DNA of 63,686 nt from Perkinsus chesapeaki ATCC PRA-425. Its lineage: Eukaryota; Protista; Perkinsozoa. Position numbers and translations under genes: made by a program. This document shows positions 46,793 to 57,918 of the stretch, piece by piece. Numbering within the stretch: the stretch's first letter is position 1; each line of letters opens with the position of its first letter. The notes under the pieces are model-generated. The model was not told where the DNA came from. It did not search any database and worked only from the letters and a program-made list of their open reading frames with translations. The stretch covers positions 1-63,686 of the forward strand of contig JAAPAO010000143.1 of the NCBI GenBank assembly GCA_013115145.1, written 5' to 3'.

Positions 46793-49500
46793 TCACGAAG
46801 CCTCTGAAACGTATTCCGAGATCAACGCCAGGACATCGGCGCTCAAGACGTCTGCAGAAAGCTCTTTGATGCGCCTGAGAGAAGGCAGCGCTCTCGGAGG
46901 AGTTGTGGAATGCCCGCACCTATGGACTCTGACAGCGGTCGGTCCATGCCCGAACCACTGGCGTAGTTCGGTCAACGTAAGGATGGCAAGATCTTGCAGC
47001 GCAACATTGGGACCGAAGTGCCATCGAGAATCGTCCACACCGATTGCACACAGTTCCTCGTTTATTTTGGCCACCGCCGAGAACGCTGCCATAAGGAACA
47101 CATGCAAAGGCGTGGAGGACAGCGCCTACCATCGAGCGATCCCGATACGTGAGCGGTATTGGAAGAGTTCACTTGCATCAGACATCTCCTGGAAGCTGAA
47201 ATAGTGGCATGAAAATGACAAACTTCGTCCTTCACCTTTTCTCGCAGCCTCAGCCTCATCCGAAGATATTTTGTTAAGGCTGGCATGATGGAAGGGCGTT
47301 GCTGGACCCATTAAGGCACATGTCTGTAGTGAGTCGACGAAGTCCTACAAGGACCCCGGGGAGTACGAGTTTCCTTCTCTTCGGTGAGCCGGATGAAAAT
47401 GCAAGTGCTAGTGCAGTAGTATCGACCAACTTCACTGTGCAAGCGAGACCAGGGCTACCTTGTGGATATCTTCCAATGGCAAGTCATTATCATCATCTCC
47501 AAATGGATTCTCCAATTCAACAGCTATCTCATTGAGCCCCCAATAACCGAGAAGGCAAAAGAAGGACAGAATAGGCGACAATACTGCACCTACCCGGATG
47601 GCAAGAGCACTATTACCAAAAAGTGACTCGAGTTGCTCAAGTCGTGTGAGTGCTTTACGTACTATTTACCTTCGGTCATTTTAACGACCATAATGGGGCA
47701 CATAACGAGGAAGAGCAGGAGTAATAGTGATACCATTTGGGCGAATGGGAAGGGGAACGGAACTCGAGACACCTGAAGCCGGGCAGTCCAACAATTGCTC
47801 CATTCCGATAACCCCAGCAACGTTCCTCCCACGCAGTTGCAGCTATAGGAATAGGAATCACGGGTGTCGTGGCAGTTTCCATAGGATTGAGCTCACTTTG
47901 AGGGCCTGATTATATCCCAGCATCCCAGTCGAGATTTCCTGGTAGCAGCGGGAAACTATTGGCGGTGGAACCTCAGAAAGGTCCATTCAAGTTAAGCCAG
48001 CGAATGACTGTTCCCGCCTACATTGATGAGACCCTCTACACATACTCTAGTCAGCGCCTCCTCGATCCACTGTGATATGATCGTGGTTTTATCGTCGCAG
48101 CCTTTCAGTCGTAATATCTTTTAACACAGGACACACGTTTCGTCAGACTCCCATACGGTACCTCGTCATCCGTGCAAGGTCCTATGATCACCAGACGGCC
48201 GAGGCCAGCTTCGGACCAATTCACGAGCGATGACAAACGCACTCCGAGAAATGATTTGACTGCCGCACCATAATGCTGGGTTGTTTGCTGTCACACGTTG
48301 TACGTATATTGCTCCTCCGTTCAGATTTTCTGACCGTAAGCTCCTCTCTCTCCTTGGTTGTCACCCGACTCACAGCGCCCACTGTTCGCCCCATAGCAAG
48401 TCCCACTCCAGACACGGAAACACTACGGTGCTTGAAGGCAGCACGGAGATCGCTTATCTGCTGACGCACTTTATGGTGGCCGCGCTCTTAGGAAGCGCGT
48501 CTAACATCCTTTCCGTTGAGGTTCGATATCGCAATTGCACTTAGAAGACTGAACCAGTGCAGCGTTCGAGATCGCACCACCTCGAGCGGCTTGCGCTGAA
48601 GAAACGTTCAGGATCGCTAGACGGGCTGCGCACCTGTTCGGTGGAGCTTGTTCTTATAGCCACATTGATAAAGCTATTAATCTGCATGAAGGCATCGCCC
48701 CACTTAGACGCCATTAGATGGATATTAGTGACCCCTTCCCAGTATCTGATGATTGGGATAACTGCGCCATAATACTTCTGGAGATTTTCCTTCGTCGCAG
48801 TAGGTTTAAAGTATTATCCGTATGATACACTGTGAGATGCTTAGAGGAAGCTGGGACGACGTCGAATGGCAGAATCATTCTGCTCTACGGTGAATCACTC
48901 CGGACCCTTCGAGAAATAGTTCCATAATTTAATTTGATGAGGTTCAAATCCTGAACTTTGACAAGCTTAGGATATGAACTTATCAGCACTTATCTACTAT
49001 ATCGTCAACCTCCTATCCAATCCAGAAATCTAGAACCAGTTCAGGATATGCTTCTACAGGGTGTCCCGAAAAATGTGCTTTTTTGAATAACTTTCGAACG
49101 TCGCACGTGTCGTCGAAATATTCCTCCTCCTGAGAAAGTTATTCAAAAAGCACATTTTTGGGACACCCTGTAGATTTCCGCAACCTACCGTTTCGCCATA
49201 CCTCGTTCTCCCGACCTACCTGTTAAGGGCCATATCTGTTCTGAATACTATAACGTAGCCTAATATTATCGCGAAGATCTGCACGGCGAATGGGTGATCA
49301 ATAGTGGGAGGGACAAACGGCAGAACATCGAACACAATACCTGACACGAAAGAGATCATTCCAAGTTGCGGGAAAGTTGCATACATACCAGTCGCAAGTG
49401 CCGTGGAAAATAATGAAGGAAGAAGAGTCCGCGGGAACACCGAGCCTGTGTAGCGGCAAATCATGAGAAGGGAAGACTGTTTGTTGTCATAGGTAATCAT
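46793..49500 (-). CDS. Bestrophin-family anion channel, paralog B, multi-exon
   Basis: MITYDNKQ...GSVFPRT...GYVIVFRTDMALNR; RYWEGVTNIHLMASKWGDA; YWGLNEIAVELENPFGDDDNDLP. Confidence 0.9.
49057..49170. mobile_element. Tc1/mariner-type MITE (114 bp) in an intron of bestrophin B
   Basis: About 38-bp terminal inverted repeats CAGGGTGTCCC(G)AAAAATGTGCTTTTT(T)GAATAACTTTC, flanked by TA on both sides (49055-49056, 49171-49172). Confidence 0.9.
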
Positions 49501-49938
49501 GACGGTACTAATAATACGTTATAAGGTAGGTAGACTCCTACCAGGGAGCTAAGTGGCGCTGTGAGGACCGGCGATGCCGCACTGTTGAAAAAGGAGGTTT
49601 ATGTAGACGATGTCTACCGTGCATTGTGTGAAATGTGCCATTTGTCTACTACTTAAGATATTGCCACACAATGTCTCGCTGGCACAGCGAGCCATACAAA
49701 GCCTTAGTGGGCAGCTAGCAGTCACCGACCGCCTGGCTCGCCCCGAAATAGATCTGGTCATCCCAGCCAGGCGAAAAAAACTAAACACGAGCCAACTTGA
49801 ACAAGAAAGCATTGAGTTAAGCTTGATCATGTCAGTAGAGCGTGGGTATCTATAACGCTGGCGGTGGCGGAATGAACACAGGCGGCGGTATCTCGTCTCC
49901 TCTGACCAGCTGCCCAACTCGCCTGCCACTCCACACGT

Positions 49939-52900
49939 CTACGGCCAATCATCGCCGGAATCCAACCTGTGCATTCTGGAGGCGACTTCCGCGCTCTTGA
50001 ACTTGTTTCTCATCTCATTTTTGCTCATCTTCGCCAGCATCCTTATATCCGAGTTCATAGGGAAGTGCCGCGACACCGGTACGCCGAGACGCTCTAGCTC
50101 CTCCTTCAACACCGTCATCTCGCGACTGACTCCTATACAGCCCGAACTTCACCGGAAGTATAACAGGCCTCACCTTCCAAAGGTGGACCGTCCTCCACTG
50201 TACTGGAACTTTCAGTCGGCAATCCCTCCGCACAATCGCGAACAGCGTCGACGAACGCCTAACTCACGTTAACTCGGGCAATTCACAAGTCGATCACAGG
50301 GATTCACAGGGGGAAGGCCACTAACGCATTTAGTGGCTACATGTGTGATACATCAGACCGTTCATGCAAAGATATGCACTAAGATACTTATCAAGATATT
50401 CAGCGTGCGCAGGCAGGAGGGAGTATCCTCCAATTCGATGAACCAACGTGGAAACACTATAGATGATATAATGTTGTTGACGGGTTAAATTACTTTAGGC
50501 AAGGTGATCGATCCCTAGTCGACCCTCACTGTGTGAACGTGCTTCAATGGCAAGTCATTATCATCATCTCCAAATGGATTCTCCAATTCAACAGCTATCT
50601 CATTGAGCCCCCAATAACCGAGAAGGCAAAAGAAGGACAGAATAGGCGACAACACTGCACCTGCTTCACCAATAGATCTGATGATTATTCTGACACCTCT
50701 AGCTATCACTTTGCGTCATCCGCAACACCATCATCGGTAGGATCAATAAAAAGACTACCAGCAAAAGGGCTACCATTTGAGCAAAAGGAAATGGGAACGG
50801 GACCAATGCAACCTAAACGAGGAAAGTTCACCAGCTCGAACCCCCTCCTCCTTAGTCAATTTCGGGCCGTAAACAATCATTGGCGAGTTCCTCAAATCCT
50901 CCGTTACCTTAAACGCTTGATTGTATCCCAACATACCATTCGATAGCTCCTGATAACATCGAGAGAGGATCGGCTCTGGGATCTGATTAGTCAAAAGCTC
51001 TCGTTCTGATGACCTATTCCATCTTACTACTACTACCAGCAGCAGACCGTCTAGACAGGCCCTCGTTATCTCCTCGGTGATCCATCCAGCGACCACCAAA
51101 ACCTTATCGTTTCTATCGGCAAGTGCGGACTTCTGCACACATACGTACAAGAAAGCAAGTCCTTGTATCGATTTCGCGGCGCAGCAAGAATCTCCTCCTA
51201 CTCCGTAGGGACCCCCATGAATAAAGAGCTGATCGCTGATCCCACTAGTGTCGAGAACAAGCAAAGATACCGCCGACCCCAGTAAGGTTTTCAATCAGCT
51301 CATCCAACGATGAACTAGTTTTTTATATCTCACATGCCAATGCAGATCTGAGATTGCTGTGAATCGATGAATGAGCGAAGCCTGTGAGCCAGCTCGTCGT
51401 CTATTCCCATCTCCTCCTCAATGCTCTACTCCACGTTACAGCAAATGCGCTATTTACTTTATGAGCTTCATTTTGCAGGGAATGCAACTAGAGACCCACC
51501 TCTGCATCGGTACATCTCCCAATAATCGGTAGTTTCATTGTCGGTAGGTCCGTAGGGCCTGATTACAGGGAAATACGGTATGACTACAGCACCGTATTCA
51601 TCACTGAGTGAACAGTCGGTTAACTGGTAAGCCCAAATAAAGCCTTCTCAGATTACTACCAACAGGCTCTAATACAAAGGACTGCCGTGAGCTGCTAATG
51701 CGATCTATTGTCAACCCTTTCGATGATGCGGCAGATGATCTCATCCGTTGGATAATGAAACTCTGATCTAGATCAACCTGCCGGCAGACAACAGAACAGG
51801 TAGAGTGACTAGATATTAGAGTCGAGGGCATGTTTACGCCCAACTGCAAGGGAAACATAAAAATACAATTAAGTAATAAAATACCCCCAACTAACGAAAC
51901 GTATGCTGCTTATCGACCAAGTCCGGTATTGAAATGTCGACACCACCAACGTGTGAAGTGGAGTTGAAAAAATATAACAGGATGCCACACATTAATCTGA
52001 CACCGCTAGCTATTACCTCTCCATCATTCAATGATATCATAGCCACAGCGCTCAACAAGGTGAACCAATGAATTAAACGACGTCTCAGTTCCTCCAATAG
52101 ATCTACCTACAATCACACACTTCACAAAACCGTCAATGGCCGCCGTCTCCTGCTTTGCCATAGTTTTCGATGCCCAAGACAACCCCTACTATGCTTCAGT
52201 CACCCTCATGATTGTTTACAGCCCAGGAGGAAGTACTGTGCCCCTCTAGGCCCCAGTCTGCCACTATCGTCTATCACAAGTGCTTCGAATGATGCCAGTA
52301 GGCTCGATAGCACACTCTCCTAGCCTTCAAATCTGTCCTTCACGGGACGCTACAGTGGAGGCGGTCGAGCACCTGATTTTTGTCCTTGGCCTTTTCCATA
52401 GACACCGTAATGAAACTTCCAATTTCAACAAACGCATCTCCCCATTTAGATATCATCTGCTGTATATTAGTCATCCCTTCCCGGTACCTAAAGCTAGAGG
52501 TGTCAGAATGCCCTCCTTGACTACCTATGAAACTCGCCAATACGGTATATTCTGATATGGGTCTCAGTAGTATTTAACAATAATATGCTATCATATTAAC
52601 ACTTATTCTAATCAACCACAAGCCAGAAGGAAATGCACCGGCAGCCTCTACATGACGGAACGCTTTGTACGGCAACCACAGCACTTGCGAGTATCAACAC
52701 AGTAAAATTGTATCACCTGCGACCTGCTGAAGCTTAGTTCCCAACCCTATATAGGAACCCACTTCAACTAAAGTAAACAGCACGATGCGCTCCCACTTCC
52801 AGATAAAATGTACTTTTCAATCTCGCCGATCCCCGACCGGCAAGTCTCACCTTCCCAATGCCATGTTAGTCCGGAATACTATAACATAACCAAGTATAAT

Positions 52901-53129
52901 GGCGAATATTTGAACCGAGAACGGGTGCTGAATTTCCAATGGTATCCAGCTCGACGAGACCTTCTCAAAGCCCAAACCTGAATCTCGAATTCCCCACAAT
53001 CGCTTGGCCGATAATACCGAATGTCATCACAGCGGCGGTAATGGCCGGAAAGAGCGCCTTTGGAAATACCGATCCAGAAAGCTGCAATATCAACTTCACT
53101 GCAGTCTGATCGTTATCGTAGATTATCAT
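49939..53129 (-). CDS. Bestrophin-family anion channel, paralog C, multi-exon
   Basis: MIIYDNDQ...GSVFPKA; RYREGMTNIQQMISKWGDA; IPEPILSRCYQELSNGMLGYNQAFK; YWGLNEIAVELENPFGDDDNDLP. Confidence 0.9.
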
Positions 53130-53578
53130 GAAAAGAGGGACTCTATATGATACTAAGTACAGGAATGACTTCATTCAACTGCGATGTGAAGGAAATATGG
53201 TATAAAAACTTCGTGTTGGTATGAAGCCCCTCATACTTCCCCTTTCACATTTGATCGACCACGCCATGATCTTTTAAAACACAAGTCAATAGCTTTGCAA
53301 ATACTACACTTTATCTACTATCGATAGATAGAGCAATTTAAGGGCGCGCGGGAATATGGTCAACAGCCGCTTCTGTGGAATTGGATATTGTGAATACTAA
53401 GTAATTAGGCGGATTATCGTCACTCGCCGCGATATTGGAGGTGAAGGTCAGTTGATGATGGGAAAGATACTCTTACTGCTACAGTTAAGAATTACGTTAC
53501 GAATAAGAAATACACTAAAGGAATATAATAGCAATGGTATATCCATTAATCTATACCATGAATAGGAAAATACGGTAT

Positions 53579-55758
53579 TCACTTTGTGCACGCATGCACA
53601 ATAGCCGCTATGGCTAGACTGATACCGACTGATACTGTGAGGTACCTACACCACATAACAGCAGCAGTTGAAACAAAAAGGCCGTCATTATATCGAATAG
53701 AGTGAAATTCGTCGAATTTATCGAACCATAAAACAGATATCAAATAGAGCGTCATGCGATAAGATAAAATATGACGAAATAAACACACTCTGAAATCCCT
53801 TCTGGTTCCCACCAGCAACGCGGCCAACTCATTAGAAACCCTCCGACACCGAACCGCCGCTGAAAAACGACTATTTCCGATATATAATTTATATTGCGAC
53901 TAGTGTAAGTATTCGGCACTCAAATTTGGAGTTTAAAGTGGTAAAGTGTCCGAGCTGGAAGAATTTAACAGCTTTACGTAAATTGCCAAGTGCAAGCCTG
54001 CTAAAGTGCAGCAGTTTTGACCGAGTGAAGTTTTTTTCCCGCGACGGACTTCCCTCATTCCCTCCTCCTTGCTGGTGTAAGAAATGTTTCCCCGAATGGC
54101 AAGCGCCAAGTATTGCCTGACCCTTCGGTCGTTATTACCAGTAAACCCAGAACTTATTCTTCGCCACAATGTGCTCCCCCTCCCAATGCTTTCTATACAA
54201 ATTGAAGGTGTCATTTACAAAACTGGACACTGTTGACCATGAACCTCCAATACCTGAAATGATACAGCTCTCGGATAGAGTACCCAACAGAGGTACAGCC
54301 CTAAGGAACGTTTCTGCAATACATAAGATGTAAGAATTACCATACGAGGTCCTTAAAGAAAGCGAATTACCATACGAGGTCCTCGAAGCAACTAGACTCT
54401 ATAAGTGCGCACACCATCATCAACCCTGCCAGAGAACCGCGGACCAGATCCCTGTAGACCAGGGAGTCCCTAGTTAGCCCCACGTTACTACCAGTGATGC
54501 AATAGCCAGCAAATGTATTGCCAGGAGCGGCTCCCATTAGGATACCATCGAAAGCAACAGCTAAGACATTCGCTACAAATGTGCCTGAAGATACTTCAAG
54601 GTTGAACCATGCAAGATACAAAATAGCTCAACTGTACTACCCAGAGGAAACTGAGGCCATAGAGAGTTCAAGTATGTACTTGATATCCATCGTGGAATCG
54701 CACCCAATGGCGATAAAAGGCTTGCATAAACGCTGGCTGGAGGAAAGACCCCCTGTGTGGCAACCAAGGGGAACAGCAGTGCAGTGAAAACGTAGGGGAA
54801 TACGACTAGAGCCTGTAGCGTGATCATTTTCACCCTATCACCGAAAGCTCCAGTACTTGATCGATAATATACCATCCTTTATCGCTTATTCTCGATTTGG
54901 AATCCTTAGTGAGATCTACATAGGTAGCACCAATATCGTTACCAAAAAGCCATGCAATGAAAGGCATGGACATTCCAGTGAAGAATTCAACCTGAACACC
55001 ACCGCTAGGATTTGAACCTGCGACCTGTTTTGGAATACGGAAATGTGGCCGCCAAACTTCGGTGAGGAGAATTCCTGATTATATTTCGGAAAATATACCG
55101 GCATTAAAGAGTGTATTTTCCATAGCGACTTGGACGGGAAATCTTAGGTAATCGTAGGCTGACATGTCAACCTTGTTTGAGAAAGATACACTATGGCTGT
55201 CACTTCTGAACCTCGAGAGTATTCTGTTGAGTCCTTGCAGAAGCCACGATTGTCGTAGCGACTCAACAAAATGCTATTTATTGTCTCTAGGAGGGACAAT
55301 GGTAATCTTACCGCTCCAATGTCGGGGGTGGAGGATTTGACTATGGCATATATCCAACTGCTGAAGGTGGTGAAGCATCCACAGTAACCGACAGTTACGC
55401 CTGATAATATAATGATAGGATAGTGTTTCCGTTTTTATAACTACCCTGATGAAAACCTGGCGTTTTCTTTTTCAAATCGGGTATGCCGTTCATGAGGCCC
55501 ATAACGAACGAGCCCAGGCAGTTGGCCGCGAAGTAGCTATATTCGGAGAAGAAGTCTCCGCCTTTGGTGCCGTCGGTGATGGCAATACGACTTGCTGTCC
55601 CGAGCATCTGCCAAGAGTAGTTTTTCTGACACCTCTAGCTGTACTACCGCATAGGCTGTTATTCCTAGTATTGGGAGAACCCAATGATCCATAAGATAGC
55701 GGCCAAATGATTGTTTAGATTCTCCCTCCTTTGTAGTTTGGCTGGTACTGGTAGACAT
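53579..55758 (-). CDS. FEX: FEX-type (two-domain Fluc/CrcB) fluoride exporter, multi-exon
   Basis: YFAANCLGSFVMG, GVTVGYCGCFTTFSSW (Fluc GxxGxxTTFS motif); second repeat GAIPRW...FPLG|TFVAN and GIGGSWSTVSSF. Confidence 0.88.
54998..55027 (-). other. tRNA 3'-end fragment abutting the 3' splice site of a long FEX intron (acceptor at 54992)
   Basis: Minus strand GGTC-GCAGG-TTCAAAT-CCTAG-CGGTGGT-G-TTCAG|VEFFTG. Confidence 0.7.
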
Positions 55759-55840
55759 AATGATTATAGAAACTGGTAAACTGAGGAGGCCAATAGTTCT
55801 GTGCATACTCGCGACGGTCACAGAAAAAAGAAGTGCCAGA

Positions 55841-55870
55841 AAAATGCCGCTGCTAGGGATCGAACCCGGA
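55841..55870 (-). other. tRNA 3'-end fragment about 85 nt upstream of the FEX start codon
   Basis: Minus strand CCGGG-TTCGATC-CCTAG-CAGCGGC-A-TTTTT, one mismatch over 27 nt to the copy in IP3R intron 12315-12361. Confidence 0.8.
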
Positions 55871-56144
55871 ACGAAAATCCGTCTGGCTGACTTCTGTGAG
55901 TTTCCAAAAGCCCACACTCTTTACAGGACGAAAAGAGACTATCCAGGTGTTTACGTACGCTAGGGTCAGATTTTGAACCCCAGAAGTTATCTGCATGTTT
56001 GTAGACTCCAACCAGCAGGAATAATACTTTTTCGGTCGTGATGTGACGCAGCGTGTGACAGGGCTCAAGAATGACCTCTGTCATGCAACACATCGCACAC
56101 ACATCGAGTACGGAGGGAACAAGCCTGGAAATACCAGTTAATGC

Positions 56145-57918
56145 TCACCTCAGTGAGGTGACCTCGCAGATGTAGTGGTTTGGCGATTGAAAGAGGATGC
56201 GTGATAGGGCGGACTTCTGCTTCTGGCATATACCCCTGTCACAAGTTGTGACTCACAACTATACTTACTATCCCGGCATAACGGTCGTGTAGGCTATCCC
56301 GGCTATGTCGGCATGTTCGGTCGACCTCTTCCGATGGCGATTCGAGGGAAGTCTAACATGCATTTCCACATTGGCAACGTATCAGACGATAAGACAGTGC
56401 TTCATTATGCCTTCCAACGCTCGTCGTAATTGAACCTCAGGCGAGAGTGGGGCGGAAAGTGCGCAGACATGTCACTGTAGCGCGGCTTAGTTCTACTGCG
56501 GCAATACTTTGCAGGACAACTGCTGTATACGATCGGAGCTTGCACATAAAATGAGTAATCTAGTCTAGCCGTTCTCGGCGTTGAAATCTGAGCGTATTTT
56601 ACTTCAAGGAAGAAAACGAAATACCATTTCCCGCTCTTTCGGTTAGGCCGCGCGAAACACAGCCAAAACCCTGTACAACGTTGCGTAGAGGACCCATAGC
56701 CGCCTATAATGCAAGGCGGAATTGTCGGGGGACAGACCGACGCTGACGGTCAATGATTCTTTAGTAAGGACGACAAATATGAGCCGTCATATACTATGAC
56801 AGCACGCGCGTACGATGTGCGAAAATCCCTAGTGGTTCCGCCAAAAACACTCGCAAGTCTCGAGACAGCTGAGTCGGGCCAAATCAAATCTAGGGAGACA
56901 CCATCATGACAGAAAATCTAGCTGGTAAATAGTGAAATTCCACCAAGGAAACCCCAGAACAGGCGACGCGGATCTCATTGCATGGCTTTCTGCTTTGCCA
57001 AAATCTCTAGGCTAGAAGAGTAGAGGCCTCCGACAGAGCGCCGCGTTCTGAGCGAGCACGCGAATGAATCATTCGGCATGACCCAATTAGATCCACTTAA
57101 TGGATCTAATTGGATCACTGATCTTACCTGACTCAGGTTACCTGAGGTTAGGAACCTCTAATAAATTAGATTCCATTAGATGTAATCCTGCAATGTTCGA
57201 GTCGGGTACAATGGTCGCTGAAACCATCAAAGCAAATAGGCACCCCTTGCACCATATCAGCTTTGAACCTTAATTCGTCAGAAGTCATACCAAGCTCACT
57301 AGGCGGAGACACTTTCCCACATCGGTAAACGAAGCGCTGCAGATGATGAGCATGCTCCTGGCTCACAACTTGCGAGCCACAAGGCTGGCAGAGTGTTAGT
57401 AACACTACATTAATTATCTCTCAGAGTTGAAACACCTGGCAGATCATGTCTAGGAGTCTTCTAAACACAGACTATGTTACATAGTTCGACACATAATGCT
57501 AAGTATCTATACTGGTGTATCTCCTTGTAGGAGATATAGAAGCTGCTACCGGCATTTCGCGCTTTTCCAATATCGCAAACTCTGTGCCTGAGGCCCAGGG
57601 CCTCAGATCTTGAAGACTCCTCGGTGAGGAGTCTCACCTGGTTAGTAACCAGTGGTTATGCGCTCCCCAAGCGCCGCTTCGAGAAAAGTAACTTTATAAC
57701 TTTTCCTCGAGGGCTGTCCTTCCCTTTCGAGCGCATGTCGAAGGCCATAAGTTATAGCCCATAATTAGTTCTTTTAACTTACCCTTCACCATGGCCTTTC
57801 CCGCATTGTACGGGCCATATTTTCGAGGGAACTCTCGTGCAGGTATTCACCCTGACCTATCGAGAGCAGCCTCACACAAAGACTGAGTCAGTCTTTGTCT
57901 CCGTGACACATCGTGTCA
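56145..57918. repeat. Tract of short perfect inverted repeats, several chained
   Basis: At least 14 perfect palindromes with 6-13 bp arms and mostly 1- or 3-nt spacers (coordinates in findings). Confidence 0.85.

Noticed and set aside
2471-55870. Split/trans-spliced tRNA genes as an explanation for the 3' fragments
   Set aside because: No matching 5' halves or complementary leader sequences found in the window; T-stems are mismatched.
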